From NCBI GenBank assembly GCA_964404165.1, contig CAYOIZ010000007.1, forward strand, positions 86,897 through 150,896: a stretch of DNA of 64,000 bases, written 5' to 3'. The position numbers and the translations under genes are program-made. Position 1 is the first letter of the stretch. Each line of letters starts with the position of its first letter. Origin of the DNA: an uncultured Candidatus Binatia bacterium. GTDB taxonomy: Bacteria > Desulfobacterota > Binatia > DP-6. Below the pieces are notes generated by a model that did not search any database, was not told the DNA's origin, and saw nothing but the letters and a program-made list of their open reading frames with translations. Below are positions 17,303-25,658 of this stretch, in pieces.

Positions 17303-19948
17303 ATGAGACTCCCCGTCCGCCTGGTCCTCGGATTCCTGGCCTGTCTCCCCGCCGTGGCCCATGCCACGACGGCCGACGACCTGTGTCTGCCCGCTGCCGA
17401 TCCCTGCATCGTCTCGAACAGGCAGATCACCGTCACCGACGGCTCGATCATCGACCTGGGCGCGCGGACCCTGATCCTGCGCTCCGGCTCGGCCCTGACG
17501 GTGGCGCCGGGTCCGCTGGCGGGCGGGACCATGACCCTCAAGGCGGGCAACGTCACCCTCGAGGGCGGCACGGCGCTCAAGGGGAGCGGCGCCGACATCA
17601 ACGTCGACGTCACCGGGACCATCCAGGTCCTCAAGACGAACAGCCTGGCCCGGATCGACGTCGCCGGCACCTCGCCCGGCAACATCGAGCTCGACGCCGA
17701 TGGCGACATCCTCATCCAGGGCATCCTCGACGCCGGTTCGGGCGCGGTGTCGTCCGACGGCGGCGTCGTCCTCGTCCACGGCATGAACCTGTCGGTGCCG
17801 GGAACCGTCGACGTCCACGGCGGCAAGGACGCGACGGGCGGCGTCATCGAGCTCGACGCCCTCGGCTCCATCAACGTCTCCGGCAACGTCGACGCCACGG
17901 GCGGCGACGGCGGCGACGTCGAGATCGACGCGTTCGGCGAGCTCGTCACTACCGGCAAGCTCGATCTGAAGGCGACGCTCGGTGGCGGCTTCGGCGGCAC
18001 CCTCGTCCTCGGCACCTCGAACGGCCGCCTCGCGCTGGGCGGCACCATCGACATGCAGGGCGAGGCCGGCGGCGACGGCGGCGGCGACGGCGGCGACCTC
18101 GACGTGTTCGCGGGCGAGTCGCTCGAGATCACCGCCACGATCGACCTGCGCGGCGCCTCTCCCGACGGCAGCGGCGGTGGAGCGGCGTTCTCCGCCGATG
18201 TGGACATCATCCAGACGGCGCCCATCCTCGCCCAGGGCCAGGGTCAGGAGAGCGCCGGCGGCAGCGTGGAGTTCAGCGCCGAGCGCAAGGTCGTGCTCGG
18301 CTCCGTCAACGCGTTCGGCGGCGGACAGGGATTCGGCGGCACGGTCGTCGCCACCGCATGGTGCGATCTCCAGCTGCCTGCCGGCAAGGCGATCAACGCC
18401 ACCGCGCTCGGTGGGGACACCACGCTCCGATCCGGCGGCGCCATGACCATCGACGGCACGGTGACGGCCGGCACCGCCAACCGCATCTACCACCGCACCG
18501 GCGAGACGCCGGTGTTGAACCTCGCCGGCATCCTGCCCGCACCCAGCGTCACCCCCGACGACAACCTGATCCCCTGTGGCGGCCTCCCCACGCCGGGCTG
18601 CGGCAACAACATCGTCGAGGCCGGCCTCGGCGAGCAGTGCGACGACAACAACACCGACTCCTGCGACGGCTGCTCGTCGATGTGCAAGAATGAGGTCTGC
18701 GGCAACGGGGTCACCGAGTGTCTCGAGGTGTGCGACGACGGCAACACCGCGAGCGGCGACGGCTGCCAGAACGACTGCCTGCGGGTCGAGAACATCTGCG
18801 GCGACGGCATCACGGATGCCGCCGAGACCTGCGACGACAGCAACACCGACGCCTGCGACGGCTGCTCGGCAACCTGCCAGACCGAGGCGTGCAACAACGG
18901 CGTCGTCGAGTGCGCCGAGGAGTGCGACGACGGCCAGCCCGGCGTCGGCTTCTGCGACGACTCGTGCCAGATCGTTCCGCCGCCGAACTGCGGCGACGGC
19001 GTGGTCGATCAGGCCGAGGGCGAGCAGTGCGACGACGACAACACGACCGACTGCGACGGCTGCTCGAGCCTCTGCCAGACCGAGGGCTGCGGCAACGGCC
19101 GCGTCGAGTGCCTCGAGTCGTGCGACGACTTCAACACCGCGTCGTGCGACGGCTGCTCGCCGACCTGCGGTGTCGAGGAGTGCGGCAACGGCGTCCTCGA
19201 CTGCTTCGAGACCTGCGACGACGCCGGCCCGGGCAGCCTCTGTCTGCCGGGTGTCTGCGAGCAGGGCGAGTTCTGCACGTCCGAGACGGCCGCCGAGCAG
19301 CCGTGCATCGCCTGCGCCAGCGACCTCGACTGCGACCCGATGGGCGCCTGCGGCCCGAGCACGTGCGTCGACAACCCCGACAAGGGCCGCAAGGAGTGCA
19401 CGCCCACCGACGCCCCGTCGTGCGACGACGGCAACGCCTGCACGGTGGACGCGTGCGACGCCGCCACCGGCTGCGTCACCACGCCGCGCATCTGCGACGA
19501 CGGCCAGGCCTGCAACGGCTCGGAGACGTGTGACCCCACCGCCGGCTGCGTCAGCATGGCGCTGACGTGCGACGACGGCGACGTCTGCAGCGACGACAGC
19601 TGTGACGATGCCACCGGCTGCAGCTACACGCTGCGCTCCGGCCTGGCGCTGGTGAGCTGCCGCGTCGAGGAGATCAACGCCATCGTCACCGCCGCCGGCA
19701 CCGATCTCGCCACTCCCGCGCGCAAGAAGCTCACCAAAGCGATCAAGAGCATTCGCGCGAAGGTCGCGGCCGCCGGGTCCACGAAGACGAAGAAGGCGAG
19801 CCGTGCCGTGAAGGCCGCCAGCAAGCAGCTCCCGAAGCTCGGGACCCTCGTCACCAAGCTCGGCGCGCAGATCCCGGCACCGATCGCCTCCGACCTCACG
19901 CAGGCCATCGGCAGCGCCACCCAGGCCATCGCGCTGGTTCCGCGCTGA
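17303..19948 (+). CDS. Giant secreted protein F: signal peptide, beta-helix with N-terminus homologous to C, class-B then class-A Cys repeats, basic C-terminal tail
   Basis: Start ATG at 17303 (MRLPVRLVLGFLACLPAVAHA). The upstream part of ORF 16076.. is out-of-frame read-through of the 3' end of E. ATTADDLCLPAADPCIVSNRQITVTDGSIIDLGARTLILRSG matches the N-terminus of C. Class-B CGNNIVEAGLGEQCDDNNTDSCDGCSSMC... repeats come first, then CDDGNACTVDACDAATGC repeats, then the tail CRVEEINAIV...KKLTKAIKSIRAKVAAAG... Confidence 0.85.
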   Translation: MRLPVRLVLGFLACLPAVAHATTADDLCLPAADPCIVSNRQITVTDGSIIDLGARTLILRSGSALTVAPGPLAGGTMTLKAGNVTLEGGTALKGSGADINVDVTGTIQVLKTNSLARIDVAGTSPGNIELDADGDILIQGILDAGSGAVSSDGGVVLVHGMNLSVPGTVDVHGGKDATGGVIELDALGSINVSGNVDATGGDGGDVEIDAFGELVTTGKLDLKATLGGGFGGTLVLGTSNGRLALGGTIDMQGEAGGDGGGDGGDLDVFAGESLEITATIDLRGASPDGSGGGAAFSADVDIIQTAPILAQGQGQESAGGSVEFSAERKVVLGSVNAFGGGQGFGGTVVATAWCDLQLPAGKAINATALGGDTTLRSGGAMTIDGTVTAGTANRIYHRTGETPVLNLAGILPAPSVTPDDNLIPCGGLPTPGCGNNIVEAGLGEQCDDNNTDSCDGCSSMCKNEVCGNGVTECLEVCDDGNTASGDGCQNDCLRVENICGDGITDAAETCDDSNTDACDGCSATCQTEACNNGVVECAEECDDGQPGVGFCDDSCQIVPPPNCGDGVVDQAEGEQCDDDNTTDCDGCSSLCQTEGCGNGRVECLESCDDFNTASCDGCSPTCGVEECGNGVLDCFETCDDAGPGSLCLPGVCEQGEFCTSETAAEQPCIACASDLDCDPMGACGPSTCVDNPDKGRKECTPTDAPSCDDGNACTVDACDAATGCVTTPRICDDGQACNGSETCDPTAGCVSMALTCDDGDVCSDDSCDDATGCSYTLRSGLALVSCRVEEINAIVTAAGTDLATPARKKLTKAIKSIRAKVAAAGSTKTKKASRAVKAASKQLPKLGTLVTKLGAQIPAPIASDLTQAIGSATQAIALVPR
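18585..19657 (+). repeat. Mixed class-B and class-A Cys-repeat region of F
   Basis: See F. This is the only protein in the window that carries both repeat classes. Confidence 0.65.
19658..19948 (+). other. Conserved C-terminal basic alpha-helical tail domain (96 aa) of F
   Basis: CRVEEINAIVTAAGTDLATPARKKLTKAIKSIRAKVAAAGSTKTKKASRAVKAASKQL... The histone-H1-like KAAK pattern is evident. Confidence 0.5.
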
Positions 19949-20073
19949 CGCGGGACCGACGCGACGCATAATCGAGCGATCGCTTGATTGCAGCGCGCGG
20001 CCTCGGCTAGACCGTCTCCGACAGCGGCTAGGCGCCGGCCCGTCGTCGCGACGGCCGGCCAGGAGGTGCAGCG

Positions 20074-21186
20074 ATGGCCACGGATCGGATCGTCTCGGCG
20101 GACTCCCACGTCAATCCCGCGAAGGATCTCTGGACGCGGGATGCGCCGGCGGCGTTGGCCGGTCGCGTGCCGCGCGTCGAGTCGACCGACATGGGCGACT
20201 TCTGGATCGTCGACTCCGAGGTCAAGGGTGCCATCGGCCTCGACTCGTCGGCGGGCCGGAAGCCCGAAGACTTCCGTCCCTCCGGCCTCGGCTACAAGGA
20301 CATGCGTCCCGGGTCGTACGACCCGAAGGCCCGCCTCGAGGACATGGACATCGACGGCGTCGACGCCGAGGTGCTCTATTTCGGCGGCCCCGTCACGCAG
20401 TACCCGAAGGACCCGGCGCTGCGACGCTACATCGTCCAGCGCTACAACGACTGGATGGCGGAGCTGTCGAAGGCCGCCCCCACGCGGCTCGTCGGCCTGG
20501 CGCACGTGCCGCTGGTCGACCTCGACGAGGGCATCGCCGAGCTGAAGCGCATCGCCGGCCTCGGCCTGCGCGGCTTCCACGTCGATCCGTTCCCGGACGA
20601 GCGTGGCGGGCTGCCGCTGTGGGACCCCGCCTACGAGCCGTTCTGGTCGCTGATCGAGGAGACCGGGCTGCCGCTCAGCTTCCACATCGTCGGCCCGCGC
20701 AACGCGAACGTCGCCCAGACCTTCATGAACCCCACCCCGGGCGTGAAGGAGACGTTCATCGCCATCGCACCCATCTCGATCTGCGAGGTGGTCTCGACGC
20801 TCGTGTTCACCGGCATCCTCGCCAAGCACCCGAAGCTGCGCTTCGTGCTGGTCGAGTGCGGCATCGGCTGGATCCCGTACTTCCTCGAGCGCATGGATCA
20901 GACGTTCAACAAGCACCGCTTCTGGACGAAGTCGATCCTCACCGAGAAGCCGAGCGTCTACTGGTACCGCCAGGGCCACGCGACGTTCATCCAGGATCTC
21001 TGCGGCGTCGCCGAGCGCCACCGCGCCGGGCTCGAGAACATCATGTGGTCCACCGACTACCCGCACTCCGACAGCACCTGGCCGAAGTCGCAGGAAGCCC
21101 TCACCGAGCACTTCCGCGACGTCCCCGCCGCCGAGCGCGCGCTCATCACCGGCGGCAACGCCAGCCGCCTCTACGGGCTCGCGTAG
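20074..21186 (+). CDS. Amidohydrolase-2 family metal-dependent hydrolase/decarboxylase (ACMSD/LigW-like)
   Basis: ATG at 20074 after an AGGAGG RBS. The N-terminus IVSADSHVNPAKDLW and the ...WSTDYPHSDSTW motif are typical of PF04909. Confidence 0.75.
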   Translation: MATDRIVSADSHVNPAKDLWTRDAPAALAGRVPRVESTDMGDFWIVDSEVKGAIGLDSSAGRKPEDFRPSGLGYKDMRPGSYDPKARLEDMDIDGVDAEVLYFGGPVTQYPKDPALRRYIVQRYNDWMAELSKAAPTRLVGLAHVPLVDLDEGIAELKRIAGLGLRGFHVDPFPDERGGLPLWDPAYEPFWSLIEETGLPLSFHIVGPRNANVAQTFMNPTPGVKETFIAIAPISICEVVSTLVFTGILAKHPKLRFVLVECGIGWIPYFLERMDQTFNKHRFWTKSILTEKPSVYWYRQGHATFIQDLCGVAERHRAGLENIMWSTDYPHSDSTWPKSQEALTEHFRDVPAAERALITGGNASRLYGLA

Positions 21187-21192
21187 GCGCAG

Positions 21193-21951
21193 GTGATCGC
21201 GGTCACCGGATCGGCGTCGGGCATCGGCGCCGCCGTGCGGGCGCGGCTCGAAGCGTCGGGCCTCTCCGTCGTCGGCATCGACCGTCGCGATGCGGAGATC
21301 GTGGCGGATCTCTCCGACGCCGCTGGACGCGCAGCGGCGGTGGCGGCGGTGCGCGAGCGCTGCGCGGATCGGCTCGACGGTCTCGTCGCCTGCGCGGGGC
21401 TCGGCCCGCAGGTGCCGTCACGCGAGGCGATCGTCTCGGTCAACTACTTCGGCGCCGTGGCGTTGCTCGACGGCCTCCGGCCGGCACTCGCCGCGGCGAG
21501 CGGTGCCGCGGTGGCGGTGTCGTCGAACTCCTCGACCCTCCCGAACGCGGAGTCGCCGCTCGTGGAGGCATGTCTCGACGGCGACGAGGCGCGGGCCCGC
21601 GATCTCGCCACGACGCTGCCGAGCCCCAGCGTCTACGCCGGCTCGAAGCTCGCGCTCGCGCGCTGGGTCCGGCGCCAGGCGCCGAGCGCCGACTGGGCGG
21701 GTGCCGGCGCGCGCCTCAACGCCGTCGCGCCGGGCGCCGTGCAGACGCCGCTGCTGCAGGAGGGTCTCGACGACCCCCTGCTCGGTCCTGCCATCCGCGG
21801 CTTCCCGATCCCCACGGGTGGCTTCGGCACGGCGGAACAGGTCGCCGCTGCGATCGCCTTCCTGCTCGGACCGGAAGCCGCCTTCTGCTGCGGCAGCGTC
21901 CTCTTCGTCGACGGCGGCACCGACGCGCTGATCCGGCCCGACCGCTACTGA
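21193..21951 (+). CDS. Short-chain dehydrogenase/reductase (SDR)
   Basis: GTG start. TGSASGIG Rossmann motif and a YAGSK catalytic Tyr-x3-Lys. Confidence 0.8.
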   Translation: MIAVTGSASGIGAAVRARLEASGLSVVGIDRRDAEIVADLSDAAGRAAAVAAVRERCADRLDGLVACAGLGPQVPSREAIVSVNYFGAVALLDGLRPALAAASGAAVAVSSNSSTLPNAESPLVEACLDGDEARARDLATTLPSPSVYAGSKLALARWVRRQAPSADWAGAGARLNAVAPGAVQTPLLQEGLDDPLLGPAIRGFPIPTGGFGTAEQVAAAIAFLLGPEAAFCCGSVLFVDGGTDALIRPDRY

Positions 21952-24314
21952 CAGACGCCGTCGGTGGCGAGCCGCGCGATCTCCGCCTCGTCGAGCCCGA
22001 GCACACGCGCCAGCACCTCGGCGGTATGCTCCCCGAGCCGCGGCGCCGCGGCCGCGGTGACGAGCGGCATCCGGCTCGGTCGCAGTGGATTCGCCGCGTG
22101 GCGCTCGGGGCCGATCTCCGGATGCGCGACCGTCACGATGCCGCCGCGCGCGGCGAGATGCGCGTCGGCACGCAGATCGTCGCCGTCGACGACGGGCATC
22201 GCCGACACGCCCGCAGCCTGGAGCGCCTCGGCCGCCTCGAGCGCGCTTCGCGTGCGCGTCCAGCTCGACAGCGCCGCGTCGATCGCGGCGCGATCCGCGA
22301 GCCGTACCGCGAGCGTCGCGTGCGCGGGCGTGGTCGCCATGCCGCTGACCCCGACCAGCGCGCGCCAGGCCTCGTCGCTCGTCACCGCGACCGCCACCCA
22401 GCGATCGTCCCCCGCGCTCGGATACACACCGTAGGGACACGCCCACGGCACGGCGTTGCCCGCCGGTGCCGACGGCCGTCCCGTACACGCCGCCTCGAGA
22501 TAGACCTCGCCCATCAGGTACGCCGCCGCCTCCGCCTGCGACATCTCGATGCGCTGCCCCTCGCCCGTACGCCGTCGATGCTCGAGCGCCGCCAGAATGG
22601 CGGCGACGCCGAGCTTGGCCGCGACGTGATCGGGATGGTTCAGGGCGCAGCCGCCGGGATACGGCGCGTCGGGGTGATTCCACAGCCACGTCACGCCGGA
22701 GAACGCCGAGTTGAGCGGGCCGTACGCCGACGCCTCACCGAGCGGACCGCCCGTCCCGAACGCCTGCGACATGTAGTACACGACGTCGGGCCGCCGCTGC
22801 CGGACGGCGTCGTAGTCGAGCCCCCAGCGTGCCGCGACGCCGCCGCGATTGTTCTCGAGCACGACGTCGGCGCTGGCGCAGAGGGCGAGCGCCACCTCGC
22901 GACCACGTGCGGTGCGGAGATCGAGGCAGACGCTCCGATGGCCGCGCGACGCATCGTTGAACATCATCGACAGATCGGGTTGGTCGGGCTCGACGGTGAC
23001 GCGCCGGAGGAAGTCGAGATTGGCACGCGACTCGATCTTGATCACCTCGGCGCCGAGCTCGGCGAGCAGCCACCCCGCCTCCGGGACGGCCACGCCCACA
23101 CCGAGATCGACGACCCGTACGCCGGCGAGCACGGCACCGGCACCATCCCTCGCCACGACGTCGTCCCGTGGCGGCAGGGCCGCATCGTCGGAGCCGGGCG
23201 CCGGCGCCGGCCGCCGCAACGACCCCGGCGTCCGCGAGAAGTTGCACGGGCCCTGGGCCATCGGCGCATCGCCGAGGTGCGGGAACCCCGTGCGCTGGAA
23301 GTACCCGCGGGCTCGCGTCTGCGCCTCGGCGACGAACGCCTCCGGCGTGTTGACGGGTGCCAGCGGCACGTCGAGCCGCCGCCCGTCCGCCAGCACGTCG
23401 GCGCCCGTGCGCTCGCGCAGCGCTTCGCCGGCGATGAGCCGGATGACGTCGCCGTTCAGCAGCCGGAAGAGCGGGATCTCCCACTCCGGTCCGGCGAGCG
23501 CGTCCGGATCGCCGAGCAATGCCAGGAACGCGCGCCACTGCCGCGGGCTGCCCGGCAGCGCACGCACCCAGCCGTCGGCGACCGGTAGCACCCAGTAGAC
23601 ACCGTCGGCGTTCCGCGGCGGCGTCACCGGCAGCATCGGATAGCGTCGCGCGTAGTCCGCCACCGGAATGGCCCAGGGATGGAGCGCGTTCATCGCCGCC
23701 TCCTGGACCGAGACCTCGATCGTCTGCCCGCCGCCGTGCCGGGCGCGGTCGAGCAGCGCCGCCACCGCGCCGCACGCGGCGAACACCGCGGCACAGTCGT
23801 GCGCCAGGTAGCCCGGCGCCGCGCACGGCGGCCGATCCGGAAAGCCGGACGCGAACAGCGCCCCCGACGCGGCGAACGCCGTCAGCGGCTCGAGCCGCCA
23901 GCCGGCACGCGGCCCCGTCGCACCGAAGTCGCTGATGGCGACGTGCACCAGGTGCGGATGTCGTGCCCGGAGCGCCTCCGGCTCGAGCCCGTGGCGCGCC
24001 TGCTCCGCCGGGCCCAGGTTCTCGAGCAACACGTCCGCCCGCGCACACAGCTCGGCGAAGCGCGCGCGCCCGCCGGCATCGTGCAGATCGACGACGGCGC
24101 CGCGCTTGTTCGCGTTGCGGTAGAGGAACGCGAGCGAGCGATCCGGTGCGACCACGTCACCGACGAACGGGGCACGCAGCCGACCCGGATCGCCGCCCGC
24201 GGGCTCGAGCTTCACCACGTCCGCACCGAAATCGGCCAGAATGCGCCCGGCGAGGGCACCGCGGAGATCCGTGACGTCGAGAACGCGCACGTGCGACAGC
24301 GTGGAGTTCGGCAC
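21945..24314 (-). CDS. Fused tandem family III CoA-transferase (two CaiB/BaiF domains in one 789-aa chain)
   Basis: Residues 1-380 and 400-789 each begin with the family III signature (VRVLDVTDLRGALAGRILADFGADVVKLE and VRVVDLGVGVAVPEAGWLLAELGAEVIKIE). Confidence 0.8.
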   Translation of the reverse strand: MPNSTLSHVRVLDVTDLRGALAGRILADFGADVVKLEPAGGDPGRLRAPFVGDVVAPDRSLAFLYRNANKRGAVVDLHDAGGRARFAELCARADVLLENLGPAEQARHGLEPEALRARHPHLVHVAISDFGATGPRAGWRLEPLTAFAASGALFASGFPDRPPCAAPGYLAHDCAAVFAACGAVAALLDRARHGGGQTIEVSVQEAAMNALHPWAIPVADYARRYPMLPVTPPRNADGVYWVLPVADGWVRALPGSPRQWRAFLALLGDPDALAGPEWEIPLFRLLNGDVIRLIAGEALRERTGADVLADGRRLDVPLAPVNTPEAFVAEAQTRARGYFQRTGFPHLGDAPMAQGPCNFSRTPGSLRRPAPAPGSDDAALPPRDDVVARDGAGAVLAGVRVVDLGVGVAVPEAGWLLAELGAEVIKIESRANLDFLRRVTVEPDQPDLSMMFNDASRGHRSVCLDLRTARGREVALALCASADVVLENNRGGVAARWGLDYDAVRQRRPDVVYYMSQAFGTGGPLGEASAYGPLNSAFSGVTWLWNHPDAPYPGGCALNHPDHVAAKLGVAAILAALEHRRRTGEGQRIEMSQAEAAAYLMGEVYLEAACTGRPSAPAGNAVPWACPYGVYPSAGDDRWVAVAVTSDEAWRALVGVSGMATTPAHATLAVRLADRAAIDAALSSWTRTRSALEAAEALQAAGVSAMPVVDGDDLRADAHLAARGGIVTVAHPEIGPERHAANPLRPSRMPLVTAAAAPRLGEHTAEVLARVLGLDEAEIARLATDGVCQ

Positions 24315-24370
24315 GAAGGCGCTCTATCCGGACGCGCCCGGACCGGCAAGGTGCTTGTGACCCGCGGACC

Positions 24371-25618
24371 GTGACGATAGACGGGCTTTCGAGCATGGCC
24401 ACCGCGCCCTCCGCCGACCGGGACGACGCCGAGCGGCTGCGGCCGATCCGCGCGGCCGCCGCGATCGTCCTGATCGCGATGTTGCTGTTCATGCTCCTCG
24501 AGCTGCGCTTCACCGCGACCGACGCCATCCGCTCGCACCTGATCCTGTACGCCATCAGCGGCTCGATGACGCTGGCGGTCCTGCTCGCCACGTGGACGAG
24601 CGTGGGCGCGCGTCGGGTCGACATCGTCGCGGTCGCGCTCAGCCTCGGACTCGCCACGACGACCCTCGGCTACTTCTGGCTCACGCCGGAGTGGCCGATC
24701 CTCGTCGCCCACGGGCTCAGCTGTCTCCTGATCGGCGCCACGGTGCTCCTCCTCTGGTCGGTGCCCCGCACGGTCCTGATGATCGCCGTCGTCTGCGGCG
24801 GCTTCTTCGTCGTCGGCTGGATCCGCGTCCCGAACACCGTCCTGCCGGGGTCGTTCGCCTTCGCGATGGCGGCGCTGGCGATGGGCGCGGCGATCGCCGT
24901 CGCCTGCGCGGCGATCCTCGGACGCGTACGCGAGAGTCTCGCGGGACGGCAGCGCGAGCTCTCGGACCTGTCGGCGCGCCTCATGTCGATCCAGGAGGAG
25001 GAACGCCAGCGCCTGTCGCGCGAGCTGCACGACGAGCTCGGGCAGTCGCTCACCGCCGTCCTGTCGTACCTCTGGCTGATCGAGCGCGGCATCCCGGGGC
25101 ACCTGGAGGAGCTCCGCACCCGCACCGCGGAGGCGCGGCGCCTGGCTTCGAAGACACTGGCGCAGATCCGCGAGCTGTCCCAGCTGCTGCGCCCGTCGGT
25201 GCTCGACGACTACGGGCTCGTGCCGTCGCTCGACTCGCACGTGAAGGCGTTCGCCGATCGCCAGCAGCTGCTGACGAGCTTCACCGCCGATCCCCTGCCC
25301 CACCGCCTCTCGAACGAGATCGAGACCGCCGTCTACCGCATCACGCAGGAGGCGCTGACCAACGTCGCGCGGCACGCGCAGGCGCGGACGGTGCGCGTCA
25401 CGCTCGGCGTCGAAGGCCGCGAGCTGCGGCTCGAGGTCGAGGACGACGGCGTCGGCCTGCCCGCGGGCGGCCTCGGCGGACGCAGCACCGGTGGTGGCGG
25501 CATGGGACTCATCGGCATCCGCGAGCGCGTGCGCGCGCTCGGTGGCACGTTGACGCTCGGCTCCAGCAGCGGCACGCGCCTCGAAGTCCGGCTGCCCCTC
25601 CCCGTCGACACCGCCTGA
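24371..25618 (+). CDS. Sensor histidine kinase, HisKA_3 (NarL-type) + HATPase, with about 5 N-terminal TM helices
   Basis: ...LSRELHDELGQSLTAV (H-box), N/G-box ...EALTNVARHA...DDGVGL...GMGLIGIRERV, and hydrophobic N-terminal helices. The start could instead be the ATG at 24395. Confidence 0.8.
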   Translation: MTIDGLSSMATAPSADRDDAERLRPIRAAAAIVLIAMLLFMLLELRFTATDAIRSHLILYAISGSMTLAVLLATWTSVGARRVDIVAVALSLGLATTTLGYFWLTPEWPILVAHGLSCLLIGATVLLLWSVPRTVLMIAVVCGGFFVVGWIRVPNTVLPGSFAFAMAALAMGAAIAVACAAILGRVRESLAGRQRELSDLSARLMSIQEEERQRLSRELHDELGQSLTAVLSYLWLIERGIPGHLEELRTRTAEARRLASKTLAQIRELSQLLRPSVLDDYGLVPSLDSHVKAFADRQQLLTSFTADPLPHRLSNEIETAVYRITQEALTNVARHAQARTVRVTLGVEGRELRLEVEDDGVGLPAGGLGGRSTGGGGMGLIGIRERVRALGGTLTLGSSSGTRLEVRLPLPVDTA

Positions 25619-25658
25619 TCCTTGTCAGCCGCCGGCCGCGTCCTCTACTGTCGCGCGC

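Noticed and set aside
20619-23588. 989-aa plus-strand ORF across the amidohydrolase, SDR and fused CoA-transferase region; also 19624..21111(-) and 21418..22689(-).
   Set aside because: These are antisense or out-of-frame to genes with clear family signatures, with Arg/Gly/Pro-dominated composition.
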